A stretch of 64,000 nucleotides of DNA from Spirochaetia bacterium (GTDB taxonomy: Bacteria; Spirochaetota; Spirochaetia; SZUA-6; Bin103), in the NCBI GenBank assembly GCA_965203055.1, contig OZ241863.1:480001-544000 (forward strand). Direction: 5' to 3'. Below, piece after piece: positions 22,111 to 32,808 of this stretch (the stretch's first letter is position 1; each line of letters begins with the position of its first letter). A model generated the notes under the pieces. The model made no database searches. It was not told the DNA's origin and saw only the letters and a program-made list of their open reading frames with translations. The translations under genes and the position numbers were made by a program.

Positions 22111-23264
22111 GGCGGTGCGGCGGCGGGCAGCGGCGCAGGCCGGGCGCTTGGCGCCGCGGCGGCGCCGTTGAGGAGGACCTTGGCGCCGGGCTCTGCCGGC
22201 CGCGGCCTGGCCGCCGGCGCCACCCGCACCGGCACCACGTTGAATCCCTCGGCCGCGTAGGCCTGCGCGATGCGCCGCAGGTGCGGCCGGTCCTCATAGG
22301 TGCCGATCGCGGCGCCTCCCGAGCCGGTGAACTTGGCGTGCGCCCCCTGCTCGCGGGCGATGTCGATCATGCGGGTCTGCTCCGGCGGCAGATCGTACAC
22401 CGCGCGCCGCAGCTCGAAGTCGCGGTCCATGATCGGCCCGAGCCGTTCGCGCCGCCCCTGCCGCAGCGCGGCGAGCGCCTCGTCTACCAGCGCGGCCTTG
22501 CCGGCCATCGCCTCGGCCACCGCCGGGTCGTGCTGCACCTCGGCGCGGTAGCGCATCACGTTGTGGATGGCGCCCGAAGACTTGGACAGCCGTTCATGGT
22601 AGGCCACGAACAGCGGCGGCAGGAGGTCCGCCGGCAGCGGCCGGTAATTCCCGTGGCGGCCGCCATTGTCGGCGTAGGCGGCGGGGGAGAAGTCCATCGC
22701 CACCACCCCCCCGTAGACGGCCGCCACGCGGTCCTGCAGCCCGGCGCTGATCCGCAGCTCCAGGGTTTCGGCCTCCAGGATGACGTTGGGCTGCTCGGCG
22801 CGCGGAATGTCCGCCTCGGTGACCTCGTAGAACTGCAGCAGCGCGTTGAACACCGCGGTAACGATCGCCGACGAGCCGCCCAGACCCACTCCGAAGGGGA
22901 TATCCGATTGGTACTCGATGGTGCAGTTGCGCCGCGGCAGGGCAATGCCCCGTTGGCGGCAACTGTGGTGGAAGCGCACCAGGGTGGCTTCGATCAGACG
23001 TACGCCCCCGTAGTAGCCATACTGGCGCCGGTAGCGCGCCAGCGCCGCCATGTCGGCGAAGCTGGCGGCGTCGCGCGCGGTCGGCACCACCGTCAGGCGC
23101 GCCGACTCGTACAACGAGACGCGGGCGGCAAACGCATCGAACAGCAGCGCGATCACCTTGCCGCCGAACAGGTCGGAAGGGTTGCCCACGAGTCCGGACC
23201 GGGCGTAGGTGGTGCGCCGGATCACCTCGGTCGGGTAGGTGTGCGGCGGCGGCAGGTGGTTCAT
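22107..23264 (-). CDS. GHMP kinase, glucuronokinase-like
   Basis: ARSGLVGNPSD, YYGGVRL, IPFGVGLGGSSA, AGLQDRV, KFTGSGGA; start could be 23312. Confidence 0.8.
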   Translation of the reverse strand: MNHLPPPHTYPTEVIRRTTYARSGLVGNPSDLFGGKVIALLFDAFAARVSLYESARLTVVPTARDAASFADMAALARYRRQYGYYGGVRLIEATLVRFHHSCRQRGIALPRRNCTIEYQSDIPFGVGLGGSSAIVTAVFNALLQFYEVTEADIPRAEQPNVILEAETLELRISAGLQDRVAAVYGGVVAMDFSPAAYADNGGRHGNYRPLPADLLPPLFVAYHERLSKSSGAIHNVMRYRAEVQHDPAVAEAMAGKAALVDEALAALRQGRRERLGPIMDRDFELRRAVYDLPPEQTRMIDIAREQGAHAKFTGSGGAAIGTYEDRPHLRRIAQAYAAEGFNVVPVRVAPAARPRPAEPGAKVLLNGAAAAPSARPAPLPAAAPP

Positions 23265-23344
23265 GGCGTCAACTTCCAGCGTGCGGCCGCCAGCGTCCCA
23301 GTCTTCTGGCACGCGGGGAATTCAACGCAATCGAAGCGTGTTCG

Positions 23345-24325
23345 TCAAGGCACCGGCGCGCCGCGGCTCGCGTTGAACAGCCGATACCACTCGCCGCGCG
23401 TCAGTTCGAGGTCGATGCCCTGCGCCGCGGCGTGAATCTCAGGCCCGGTTCTGCCTCCCAGAATCGGTTGGATCCCGGCCGGATGGCGGAGGATCCAGGC
23501 GATGGCGACCGCCGCGGGGTGCGCGCCGCGGCGCCGGGCGACCGCCTGCAGTTCGCGGCGCGCCGCGCGCAGCCGGGAGTCCGCCCCGGCGGCGTCGTCC
23601 CGGACCAGCTTGCCGGCGCCGAGCGGCGCCCAGGCCTGCACGGTAATGCCGGTTCGCATGCAGTATGCCAGCGTGCCGCGGCCGCGCACCGGCCGGTCCG
23701 GGCGCGCGTCGTTCACCACGATGGCATCGTCCAGCAGGTCGGGATGGGCCAGACTCACCTGGAGCTGGTTCACCAGCAACGGGTGATCCAACGCCGCCGC
23801 GAGCAGCTCGATCTGCTCCGGCGCGTAGTTGCTGACGCCGAAGCAGCGCACCTCGCCGGCGGCGTGCAGCCGGTCGAACGCCGCGGCCACCTCCTCCGGT
23901 TGCATCAGCGCGTCGGGCCGATGCAATACCAGGAGATCGAGATACTCGACCGCCAGCCGTTCGAGGCTGCCGCGCGCCGCGGCGAGGATGTGCGCGCAGC
24001 TCGAGTCGTAGCAGGTGCGCGCGCGGGAAGGGTCGGCGGCGGAGCGTACCACCCCGCACTTGGTCTGCACGACGACTCGGGAGCGCAGCGACGGGTCGAT
24101 CTCCCAGATGGTCGAGAATGCCTGTTCCGCCCTGCCGAAGGCATAGATGTCGGCCAGATCGAAGTGATCGATCCCGGCCGCCAGCGCCGCCTCCAGCACG
24201 CTGCGGGCCTGCTGCCGCCGGCCGGCGGTCAACTCGCCGCTGTCCCACGGCCCCGCGAGCGCCGCGCAGCCGTAGGCCAGCCGGCTCACCTGCGGGCCGT
24301 CGCGGCCCAACCGGAACTGTTTCAT
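23345..24325 (-). CDS. Aldo/keto reductase (YdhF-like)
   Basis: FDLADIY, QTKCG, LHRPD, GVSN, AWILRHPA. Confidence 0.88.
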   Translation of the reverse strand: MKQFRLGRDGPQVSRLAYGCAALAGPWDSGELTAGRRQQARSVLEAALAAGIDHFDLADIYAFGRAEQAFSTIWEIDPSLRSRVVVQTKCGVVRSAADPSRARTCYDSSCAHILAAARGSLERLAVEYLDLLVLHRPDALMQPEEVAAAFDRLHAAGEVRCFGVSNYAPEQIELLAAALDHPLLVNQLQVSLAHPDLLDDAIVVNDARPDRPVRGRGTLAYCMRTGITVQAWAPLGAGKLVRDDAAGADSRLRAARRELQAVARRRGAHPAAVAIAWILRHPAGIQPILGGRTGPEIHAAAQGIDLELTRGEWYRLFNASRGAPVP

Positions 24326-24364
24326 CGCGCTCCCCTCAACGTATCCCGAACCGGACTGCGGCGC

Positions 24365-25186
24365 TCAGCGCTGGCAGCGCGGACAATAATAGGTGCTGCG
24401 CTGGCCGGCGCGCACCAACCTCACGGCGTTGCCGCAGCCCGGGCACGGCTCCCCGGCGCGCCCATAGACCGCAAGCCGGGCGCTGAAGTATCCGGGGCGG
24501 CCGCCGGCGTCGCGGAAGTCGCGCAGGGTGGTGCCGCCGGCCACGATCGCGGCTTCGAGGACTGCGCGCACCGCCGCCACCAGAGCGGCGTAGCGGCGGC
24601 GGGAGATATTGCCGGCGGCGCGCAACGGATGGATGCCGGCGTGGAACAACGCCTCGTTGGCGTAGATGTTGCCAACGCCGCACACGATACGGGAATCCAT
24701 CAACAGCGTCTTGACGGCGCTGTGGCGGCGGCGGGCGCGGGCGTAGAGATAGTCAGCGGTCAGCTCGGGGCCGAGCGGCTCGGGGCCCAGCTTGCGCAGC
24801 AGCGGATGGAGGGAGCGGCCGGCGGCGGGGTGCCAGAGGCAGGCGCCGAAGCGGCGCGGGTCGGTAAAGCGCAGCGCGTGGCCGTCGTCCAGGACGAGAT
24901 CCAGGTGATCGTGCCTGGCGACCGGGGTCGGCGCCGGAATCAGGCGCAGGGTTCCCGACATCCCCAGGTGCAGCAACACCGTACCGGGCGGCGCCGTTTG
25001 CAGCAGCAGGTACTTGGCGCGCCGCGCCACCTCGCGGATGGTGCGGCCGGGCAGCGCGGCGTCCAGCTCCGGCGGCACCGGCCAGCGCAGTTGGCGCTGG
25101 CGCACCACCACCGACCGTACCCGGCGCCCGATCAGGTGCGGCCTGATGCCGCGCCGGGTGGTCTCCACTTCCGGCAGCTCAGGCAT
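24365..25186 (-). CDS. mutM: Formamidopyrimidine-DNA glycosylase
   Basis: MPELPEVE, RRAKYL, HLGMSG, DPRRFG, GVGNIYA, C-terminal zinc finger CPRCQ. Confidence 0.97.
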   Translation of the reverse strand: MPELPEVETTRRGIRPHLIGRRVRSVVVRQRQLRWPVPPELDAALPGRTIREVARRAKYLLLQTAPPGTVLLHLGMSGTLRLIPAPTPVARHDHLDLVLDDGHALRFTDPRRFGACLWHPAAGRSLHPLLRKLGPEPLGPELTADYLYARARRRHSAVKTLLMDSRIVCGVGNIYANEALFHAGIHPLRAAGNISRRRYAALVAAVRAVLEAAIVAGGTTLRDFRDAGGRPGYFSARLAVYGRAGEPCPGCGNAVRLVRAGQRSTYYCPRCQR

Positions 25187-25303
25187 GCCGCTCCGCAACC
25201 GCCACGGGCGCGCACCATGCCACGGGCGGACGCGGCTGGCAAACGCGGCCCGCGGCGGGGGCGCGGGCGGACGGGGCCGCGGTATGCTACGCTCGTTCGG
25301 GAG

Positions 25304-26068
25304 ATGGAGAACCGACTGCAACTCACTGCGCGGCGCCGGGAGCTGGCGTTGGACGGGCGCGGCTACCGCGGCTGGCGGCTGCGCGAAGAACCGCTCGCAC
25401 TGGCGCCGGAGCGCACGGCGCTGCTGCTGTGCGACGTCTGGGATCATCACTGGTGCCGCGGCGCGGAGGAACGCCTGGAATTGCTGCTGCCGCAGATCGA
25501 CGCCGCGGCTCGGGCGGCGCGCGGCCTGGGCATGCTGGTGGTGCACGCTCCGTCGGACACCATGCCATGGTACGCGGATCATCCGGCCCGGGCGCGGGTG
25601 CTGCGGGCGCCGCCGGTAGCGGCGCCCGCGGAACGGCCGCACCCGGATCCGCCGCCCCCGATTGACGGCAGCGACTCCTCCGACACCAGCGGCGATCCGG
25701 CCGCGGGCGGTACCCGCCGCTGGACCCGCCAGCATGCGGGAGTGTGGATCGATCCCGAGCGCGACGCCATCAGCGATGACGGGCGCGAGCTGCTGGCCTG
25801 CTATCGGCAACGCGGCATCGAGACCGTGCTGTTGGCCGGGGTCCACACCAACATGTGCGTGCTCGACCGCAGCTTCGCCATCAAGCAGATGGTGCGCTGG
25901 GGGGTGCCCATCTATCTGGTGCGCGACTTGACCGACTGCATGTACAACCCGGCGCGGCCGCCCTACGTCAGTCATGCCGCGGGGCTGGAGTTGGCGGTGA
26001 GCTACGTCGAGCAGTTCTGGTGTCCGAGCGTGACCGGCGCGGAGCTGAGGCGCTGCGCGGGACAGTAG
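25304..26068 (+). CDS. Isochorismatase/cysteine hydrolase family protein
   Basis: LLLCDVWD, VHAPS, GVHTNMCV. Confidence 0.75.
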   Translation: MENRLQLTARRRELALDGRGYRGWRLREEPLALAPERTALLLCDVWDHHWCRGAEERLELLLPQIDAAARAARGLGMLVVHAPSDTMPWYADHPARARVLRAPPVAAPAERPHPDPPPPIDGSDSSDTSGDPAAGGTRRWTRQHAGVWIDPERDAISDDGRELLACYRQRGIETVLLAGVHTNMCVLDRSFAIKQMVRWGVPIYLVRDLTDCMYNPARPPYVSHAAGLELAVSYVEQFWCPSVTGAELRRCAGQ

Positions 26069-26101
26069 CCGCGGCCTAAGCCGGTGCGGTACCTTTTGCC
26101 C

Positions 26102-26434
26102 ATGGATGAGCAGCGACAACTGGCGCCCGCGCTCCCCAGCGCCCTGTTCCTGGCCGGCAGCGGCGTGGCGGTGCTGTTGGCCAACGGCATCTTGTTGAAT
26201 CCGGTATCGCGCACCATTCTGGCCGCCGTGGCCGTGGGGTGGGGATTGTGGACCGTCCTTACCCGGCCGCACCTGCGCCGCGCGGGATGGTCCGCCGTCG
26301 CGGGCGGCGGCATCATGCTGCTGTTCGGTTCCGTGCTGCAGGGTCTGGTCAGCGTGGGCGGGGTACTCCTGATCGCCGCCGGCGGCGTCTCCTTCCTCAG
26401 CGGTTTGTTCCGCCGCGGCCTGCGCCCGCGCTGA
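26102..26434 (+). CDS. Small membrane protein
   Basis: About four hydrophobic segments. Confidence 0.5.
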   Translation: MDEQRQLAPALPSALFLAGSGVAVLLANGILLNPVSRTILAAVAVGWGLWTVLTRPHLRRAGWSAVAGGGIMLLFGSVLQGLVSVGGVLLIAAGGVSFLSGLFRRGLRPR

Positions 26435-26462
26435 AGCCGGCGGGCGGTTCGTCAGCGGCTGA

Positions 26463-26849
26463 TCAGGGAGCCAATGCAAACGGCCACTCCGGGGTGGCCA
26501 ACAGCATCAGCGTGGTGCCCGCCAGCGCCATGTTGCGCATGAAGTTGAACCTCTCCTGGTGCCATACCCGCGCGTCGTCCTGCGGCGCCGGCCGGTGCAC
26601 CACCAGGGCGGCCAGGAGCAGGAACGCCGCCACCACCATCACGCCCGCGCGCGGGTAAAACCCGAGGCCGATGGAGAGCGCGCCCCCGATCAGCGCCAAG
26701 CCGGTCAGCGGCACCGCCAGGAACGGCAGCGGCACCTTCCGCGAAGCGGCGTAGTCGATCAGCGCCGGCAGTTGCGTGAAGTGGCTGATCCCCAGCAGCA
26801 GGTACATCAGCGCGGCCATGAGCCGGCCAATGACGAACAGAACCTCCAA
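26463..26849 (-). CDS. DoxX family membrane protein
   Basis: GRLM..., FMRNMALAG; SD AAGGAGGAG before TTG start. Confidence 0.8.
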   Translation of the reverse strand: MEVLFVIGRLMAALMYLLLGISHFTQLPALIDYAASRKVPLPFLAVPLTGLALIGGALSIGLGFYPRAGVMVVAAFLLLAALVVHRPAPQDDARVWHQERFNFMRNMALAGTTLMLLATPEWPFALAP

Positions 26850-26946
26850 TACTCCTCCTTAAGGTACCGCCAAGGATAGCACGAACGCGCACGCGGTTCG
26901 CTGCGCTCGGCTTGATCGGGAGCGGGATTATCGCTACGGTGGCATC

Positions 26947-27993
26947 ATGATCAGAGCAGGAATCATTGGCCTCGGCGGCATTGCGCGTTCCCATGCTGCC
27001 GCCATCGCGGAGCTGGACAACGTGGAGATCGCGGCCGTCGCCGATCTGTTCGCCGACAAGCGGGCGCAGTTCATGGAGCAATGGGGGGTCGCCAAGGGGT
27101 ACGCCACCCATACCGAGTTGCTGCAGGACCCCGCCGTCGACGCGGTGGCCATCACTCTGGGGCATCAACTCCATCACCGCCTGACGGTGGACGCCTGCAA
27201 CGCCGGCAAGCACGTGCTGGTGGAAAAGCCGATGGCGCTCAGTCTGGAGCAGTGCGACGCCATGATCGACGCCGCCGACGCCAACCGGGTCAAGCTGATG
27301 GTGGGTCACACCCAGCATTTCTACGGCACCAGCCTCAAAGCCAAGGAGCTCCTCGATTCCGGGCGCCTGGGGCCGCTGATGTCCGTGGTGTGCTACATGT
27401 CCAAGAACTGGGGCTACCGGGGCCGGCGCCCGCAGTACCGCAGCCGCTACCACGGCGGCGGCATGTGGTTGTCCAACGGCGTGCACGTGGTGGACCGCCT
27501 GATGTGGCTGCTCGGCTCCCAGGCGGTGGCGGTGAGCGCGGTACTGGGAACCCGCGCCCACTATCAGGCTTCCGAAGACACCGCCACCGCTCTGGTGCGC
27601 TGCAAGAACGGCCTGGCCGGCGTGGCGGTGGCCTGCGGCTACGCCGACGGCGGGCCGTCGTTCGAGAGTCACGTGATCGGCGCCCACGGCTCCCTCAAGT
27701 TCAGCCAGCACGGCGAGAAGTTCGTCAAGCTCGGCCACGGCGAGCAGTGGGAGGACGTTCCCTTCGACGATCCGCCGGCCGAGTTCTTCCACGAATGGCA
27801 GGCGTTCGCGGCCGCCATCGAACAGGATATCGAGCCGCCTTCCGACGGGATGTGGGGCCGCCAGGTCATGGAGATACTGCTTGCCGCCGAGCAGTCCTCC
27901 ATCAGCAACCGGGAGGTGGTGCTGGAAAGCGGACTGAGCTGGATCAACCAGCGCACCGGATCGCCCATCACCATCGAACATGGCTGGCACTGA
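26947..27993 (+). CDS. Gfo/Idh/MocA oxidoreductase
   Basis: GIIGLGGIA, GKHVLVEKPMA, GGGM...GVH.VD. Confidence 0.9.
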   Translation: MIRAGIIGLGGIARSHAAAIAELDNVEIAAVADLFADKRAQFMEQWGVAKGYATHTELLQDPAVDAVAITLGHQLHHRLTVDACNAGKHVLVEKPMALSLEQCDAMIDAADANRVKLMVGHTQHFYGTSLKAKELLDSGRLGPLMSVVCYMSKNWGYRGRRPQYRSRYHGGGMWLSNGVHVVDRLMWLLGSQAVAVSAVLGTRAHYQASEDTATALVRCKNGLAGVAVACGYADGGPSFESHVIGAHGSLKFSQHGEKFVKLGHGEQWEDVPFDDPPAEFFHEWQAFAAAIEQDIEPPSDGMWGRQVMEILLAAEQSSISNREVVLESGLSWINQRTGSPITIEHGWH

Positions 27994-28017
27994 GCCGGCG
28001 CGCGGGAGCCGCAGGCC

Positions 28018-28980
28018 GTGAATCGCTACCTGCTGGTGGGGGCGGAATCCGCGGCCCGCTATGCCGATGCCCTGCCCCGGCTGCCGCAGGCGCGCATCGC
28101 CGCGGTGGCCGACGCGGATGAAGCCGGGCGCCGCCGCGCCGCCGAGCTGGCCGGCGCCGGGCGCCACGCCGCCGGGCCTGAGGAGCTGCTGGCCGGCGGC
28201 GCGGCGTGCGACGGCATGCTGGTGCACGGCGCGCCCGCCGCCCGCCTGGACCACGCCCGCACCGCGCTGCGGTACGGCAAGCCGGTGCTGCTGGAGCTGC
28301 CGGTCCGGTCCGGCGCCGAGCAGGTGGCCCTCCTGGCGGAGGAGTTCCGGGCCGCCGGGGTGGCGCTGATGGTGAGCGGCACGCTGCGCTATCAGCCGGC
28401 GCAGCAGGTGCTGAAGCAGCGCCTCGAGGCCGGCGTTCTCGGCACCTTGGGGCTGCTGCGCGCCCACCTCTGGCGCGGCCGCGGCGCTGTGGCGGCGCCG
28501 GACCTGTCCCCGGCGGAGCGCTGCCGGGTACTGAGCGTGCCCTGTCTCGATCTGGCCAACTGGCTGTTCGCGGCGCTGCCTGAGTCGGTCTACGCCCGCG
28601 CCGCGGCGCCGGGCTACTTGCAGATCCATCTCGGCTTCCGGGACGGAGGAATGGCCCTGATCGACCTCAGCGACGACCTGCCGCCGGGGGACGGATACCG
28701 TTCGGTGACAGTGATCGGCTCCGCCGGAGCCGGCTATGCCGACGACCATCACAATCGCAACCTGCTGTTCGGCGGCGGCAACGCCGCGGCCCGGGCTCCG
28801 GGCGAAGGCCACCTGGACCTGGCGGCGGAGCTGGAGGAGTTCGCCGCCGCCGGCGCCGGCCGGCGCGCGCCCGCGGTGACCGGCGCGGAGGCCGCCGCCG
28901 CCCTGCAGGTGGCCGCCGCGGCCGCCGCCTCCGCCGCGAGCGGCGCCGCGCTGCAGCGGAACGGAGACCACTATGGGTGA
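28018..28980 (+). CDS. Divergent Gfo/Idh/MocA-like protein
   Basis: GKPVLLELP (EKP degenerate), RYQP; operonic with paralogues. Confidence 0.65.
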   Translation: MNRYLLVGAESAARYADALPRLPQARIAAVADADEAGRRRAAELAGAGRHAAGPEELLAGGAACDGMLVHGAPAARLDHARTALRYGKPVLLELPVRSGAEQVALLAEEFRAAGVALMVSGTLRYQPAQQVLKQRLEAGVLGTLGLLRAHLWRGRGAVAAPDLSPAERCRVLSVPCLDLANWLFAALPESVYARAAAPGYLQIHLGFRDGGMALIDLSDDLPPGDGYRSVTVIGSAGAGYADDHHNRNLLFGGGNAAARAPGEGHLDLAAELEEFAAAGAGRRAPAVTGAEAAAALQVAAAAAASAASGAALQRNGDHYG

Positions 28981-30073
28981 CGTGAGCTACCGGTGCGCCG
29001 CGCTCAGCGCGGTGAAGCACGACTATCTGCCGCGCGCCGTGCACGCCCATCCCTGCTTCGAACTGGTGGTGGTGGCCGATGACCCCGGCGTGCCGGAGTG
29101 GGCGCACGAACGCAACGCGGAGTTCGCCGCCGAGTTCGGCGTGCCCTACGTGCGCGGCGTCGCGGCCGCGATCGCCGATTACGACGTGCAGGTGGCGGTG
29201 GTGAGCAGCGAGGCGGAGCGGCACTGCGATCTGAGCGTGCGCGCCGCCGAGGCCGGGCTGCACGTGATTCAGGACAAGCCGATGTCCACCGAGCTGGCGG
29301 AATGCGACCGCCTGCTGGCCGCGGTGCGCGCCGCCGGGGTCCGCTTCCTGTTGTGGAACCGCAACCTGCTGCCGGCGCTGGTGCAGGCGCGCGCGGAGTT
29401 GCAGCGCGGCGCCATCGGCGTGCTGCGCGCCATCCACGTCGACTTCTACTTCGCCAAGGACGCCGGTCCGCCCAAGGGCAGCCGGCAACCCGGCTACCCG
29501 CCGATCAACTGGCTGGCGCGGCAACTGGAAGCGCACGCCGACGGCTCCGACGGCGGTGTCGGCCGCACCCCGATGGGCGAACTGCAAATCGAGGGCATCT
29601 ATCCTCTCGGCTACATCCACCGGCTTGCCGGCAGCCGGGTGCGGCGCGTGTTCGCCCGCACCGCGGCGCACTTTCATCAGGCCAACGCCGACAACGAGGT
29701 GGACGATCTGGCGACGGTCACCCTGGAGCTGGAGAACGGCATGCTCGGGTCGCTGTGCATCGGGCGCATCGGGGCCGCCAGCCATCCCGAGATCGGCGAG
29801 ATCAAGTTGCACCTGGTGGGCAGCAACGGCGCGCTGGTGATCACCGAGGCGCGCCCCGAGGTGGGGATCCACTACCGCGGCCAGCCGCCCGCCGAGTACC
29901 GCAACGTGCGCGTCGCCGACAGCAACAACTTCCTGCTGATGGAGAATTTCAAGACCGCCATCGAGACCGGGGCGGATACCCTGCTCGACGCGCAGGCGGG
30001 GCGCGACATCACCGCTACCGTCGCCGCGGCCATCGAGTCGGGACGCACCGGGCGGCCGGTCGACGTCGCTTGA
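28973..30073 (+). CDS. Gfo/Idh/MocA oxidoreductase
   Basis: GLHVIQDKPM, C-terminal AAIESGRTGRPV. Confidence 0.8.
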   Translation: MGDVSYRCAALSAVKHDYLPRAVHAHPCFELVVVADDPGVPEWAHERNAEFAAEFGVPYVRGVAAAIADYDVQVAVVSSEAERHCDLSVRAAEAGLHVIQDKPMSTELAECDRLLAAVRAAGVRFLLWNRNLLPALVQARAELQRGAIGVLRAIHVDFYFAKDAGPPKGSRQPGYPPINWLARQLEAHADGSDGGVGRTPMGELQIEGIYPLGYIHRLAGSRVRRVFARTAAHFHQANADNEVDDLATVTLELENGMLGSLCIGRIGAASHPEIGEIKLHLVGSNGALVITEARPEVGIHYRGQPPAEYRNVRVADSNNFLLMENFKTAIETGADTLLDAQAGRDITATVAAAIESGRTGRPVDVA

Positions 30074-30136
30074 TCCCCGCCTGAAGGCCGTGCCGGCGCG
30101 CGCCGGGGCTTGGCGGCGTCCCGCGGGCGGCCCGGT

Positions 30137-31024
30137 TCAGCCCACCGGGAGGGTGCGCCCGGTGTGGGCGCGGCCGATGCGCGCGGTCCGTTCGCTGCCG
30201 CCGGAGACGACGCGCACGCCGCGGTCGATCTGCTCGGCCACGGTGTCGGGCTCCGCCACCTCCAGGAAGGCCACGCCGTTGGCGGCGCAGGCCGCGCGTA
30301 CCCGTTCGTTCGCCGCCACGACGCGCGGATCATGCTGCCCCGGGATCCGCTCCACGCCGTAGGACATGTGCAGGTCGCCGGGGCCGCACTCGGCGAAGCC
30401 GATGCCGGGCACTGCCAGAAGCTGCTCGATGTGCGCCACCCCGCGCACCGACTCCACCTTGATCCCCAGCAGCAATTCGCCGTCCGGGTTGAGCGGCCAG
30501 GGGTCGCACCGGGCAATATATTGGGCGATGTCCAGGCCCCAGATGGCAGCCGCCGAGGGCTCGGAGCCGACGCCGCGGGTGCCGCGTTCCAGTCCCCGGC
30601 CGACGCCGATGGTGTTGCGCGGGTAGCGGCACGATTCGACGAACGCCCGCACCGCGTCGGGGGTCTCCGCCTGGCACAACAGCACGCCGTGCACCCCGCG
30701 TCCCAGAATCTGACGGAACTGCCAGGCGTTGTAGCGGACCGCGGCCTCGCTGGTGCCGTCTACCGGCGCCTCGACGATCACGGCCGGCGTGCGGTGGCCG
30801 CTGTTGGTGGGGCCGCCGGCTGCCAGACCCTCCAGGTAGCGGCCCAGCCCGCCCAGGTCGAAGGCGCCGTGTTCCATGCCCACGTTGATGTAGTCGGCCC
30901 AGGTGTGGGCGTCCCGCATTCCCTGTTCGCGGGTCAGAACTGCGCCGGTATGGCTGCCGACGTAATAGACCGGCTGGCCCGCGGCCAGCAGCTCGACGGT
31001 GCGGTTGACTCTCGTGGCTCCCAT
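30137..31024 (-). CDS. HpcH/HpaI aldolase family protein
   Basis: MEHG, QILGRGVHG, RYP...GTRG, KVES, GPGDL. Confidence 0.8.
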   Translation of the reverse strand: MGATRVNRTVELLAAGQPVYYVGSHTGAVLTREQGMRDAHTWADYINVGMEHGAFDLGGLGRYLEGLAAGGPTNSGHRTPAVIVEAPVDGTSEAAVRYNAWQFRQILGRGVHGVLLCQAETPDAVRAFVESCRYPRNTIGVGRGLERGTRGVGSEPSAAAIWGLDIAQYIARCDPWPLNPDGELLLGIKVESVRGVAHIEQLLAVPGIGFAECGPGDLHMSYGVERIPGQHDPRVVAANERVRAACAANGVAFLEVAEPDTVAEQIDRGVRVVSGGSERTARIGRAHTGRTLPVG

Positions 31025-31042
31025 ATCGCCATCCTCGCCTGG

Positions 31043-32158
31043 CTAGGCTTCCGCGTCCAGCTCGGCCAGCTCCACCCACGCGCCGCGGCGCGCGGACTCG
31101 ACTGCCGCTTCGGTGAACACCTGCGTGCGCCAGCCGTCGCGCAGTCCGGGATGGCTGCAGGGTTGGCCGGCGGCGCGTTGCCGCAGCGCCGGCAGCACGA
31201 ACTCGGCCCAGCGGTTGACCCGGTTTTCGGGGATCTGCTCGACCGCGTCCAGCTCGCCGTTGGCGCGCGTCAGGCTGACGGTGTGGCGCACCCGGTCGAT
31301 GGCGAGCGACGCCTCGGTGCCGTGCAGTTCCACCTCCGGCGCCAAGCCCTTGCGCAGCATCGGAGCATGCGACAACAACATCATTCCCACCGCCCCGTTG
31401 TGGAACTCCCAGGTAATGGCGCCGTAGTCGTAGGCGGTGCCGGCGCGGCTGCGCGGCGCCTGGTGCGCGGCGTGCGCCTCGCCCCACTCCAGCGCCTCGG
31501 TCAGGTCGATGGCGCCCAGGTCGGGCTTGGGCGGAGAGATGACGCCGGCCTGGGTGACCACCCGGCGCGCCTCCGAACCGATCAGCCAGCGTACCGCGTC
31601 ATAGGCGTGGGAGCCGACGTCGCCGATGCTGCCGGCCGCCGACAGGGCGGCGTCGTCGCGCCAGGTAAACGGCATCGCCGGCGGCCGCGGATTGTGCCAG
31701 CGGTACACCACCACCTTGATTTCGCCGAGCGCTCCGCCGGCGGCCAACTCCCGGGCGCGGCGGAACTTCGGCTCGTAGCGGGTCCAGTAGGGCACGTAAT
31801 GGCCCAGGCCGCGGTCGCGGTAGGCCGACCAGATGCGGTAGGCTTCGGCGACGTCGGCGCCGACCGGCTTGTCGCAGAACAGGTGCTTGCCCGCCGCGGC
31901 CGCCGCCAGGGCCGGCTGCAGATGCAGCCGGTCCGGCGTCAGCACCACCACCAGATCGACCTGCGGATGGTCAACGACCTCGCGCCAGTCGCCGGTGATG
32001 AAGCCGCAGCCGTCCAGGCGCGCGGCCGCTTCCAGCCGGTCACGGCGGCGCGCGCACAACGCCGTGATGCGCGCCGCGTCCGGCGCCCCGCGCAACTCCG
32101 CCCGATACGGCGTACCGATATAGCCGGTCGCCCCGATCACTCCCGCGTGAAACAACAT
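31043..32158 (-). CDS. Gfo/Idh/MocA oxidoreductase
   Basis: GVIGATGYIG, GKHLFCDKP, DVGSHAYD. Confidence 0.85.
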   Translation of the reverse strand: MLFHAGVIGATGYIGTPYRAELRGAPDAARITALCARRRDRLEAAARLDGCGFITGDWREVVDHPQVDLVVVLTPDRLHLQPALAAAAAGKHLFCDKPVGADVAEAYRIWSAYRDRGLGHYVPYWTRYEPKFRRARELAAGGALGEIKVVVYRWHNPRPPAMPFTWRDDAALSAAGSIGDVGSHAYDAVRWLIGSEARRVVTQAGVISPPKPDLGAIDLTEALEWGEAHAAHQAPRSRAGTAYDYGAITWEFHNGAVGMMLLSHAPMLRKGLAPEVELHGTEASLAIDRVRHTVSLTRANGELDAVEQIPENRVNRWAEFVLPALRQRAAGQPCSHPGLRDGWRTQVFTEAAVESARRGAWVELAELDAEA

Positions 32159-32294
32159 ACCGCGGCCTATCCTTACCCGAATCGGCGCCCCGCCGCCAGC
32201 GCCGGATTGCCATGCTATTGTGGCCTCACGCAACGCCGGCCCGCCGGCTCGGCGTTGCGTATCAGCCGCTGAATTGTGGAGGTGATCCCCTGAT

Positions 32295-32792
32295 ATGCGC
32301 GAGGCCGGCTCAAGCGCTCCGGCTGACGACCCCGTTGCCGCGATCCTGTCCCGGATCGAAGCAGCCGAGGGCTGGTATCACCGGCTGATCCTGGTGGCCG
32401 GCGCCGGCGGGTCAGGGAAGAGCGCGGCGCTGCGGGCGGTCGCGCAGGCCACCGGCGCGCCGGTGCTGAATCTCAACCTGGAGCTGTCCCGCCGGCTGCT
32501 GGAGCTCACCGCGCGGCAGCGCGTGCTGCGGTTGCCCGGCCTGCTGGACGAGCTGATCCCGGGCGACCGCTCGCCGGTCCTGCTGGACAACACCGAGCTG
32601 CTGTTCGAGCCGGCCCTGCGGACCGACCCCCTGAAGTTGCTGCAAGGCGCGGCGCGCAACCGCACGGTGGTGGCGGCCTGGAACGGCGCGCTGGCCGGCG
32701 GCTGGCTGACCTGCGCTGAACCCGGCCATCCCGAGTACCGCCGCTACCGGCAGGACGGTCTGGTAATCGTCTCCCTGGGGACGGTACCGTAA
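32295..32792 (+). CDS. brxF: BREX-3 P-loop protein
   Basis: [41 protein letters not shown]; first gene of the BREX-3 order. Confidence 0.85.
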   Translation: MREAGSSAPADDPVAAILSRIEAAEGWYHRLILVAGAGGSGKSAALRAVAQATGAPVLNLNLELSRRLLELTARQRVLRLPGLLDELIPGDRSPVLLDNTELLFEPALRTDPLKLLQGAARNRTVVAAWNGALAGGWLTCAEPGHPEYRRYRQDGLVIVSLGTVP

Positions 32793-32808
32793 AGGTGGAC
32801 GACCCACG

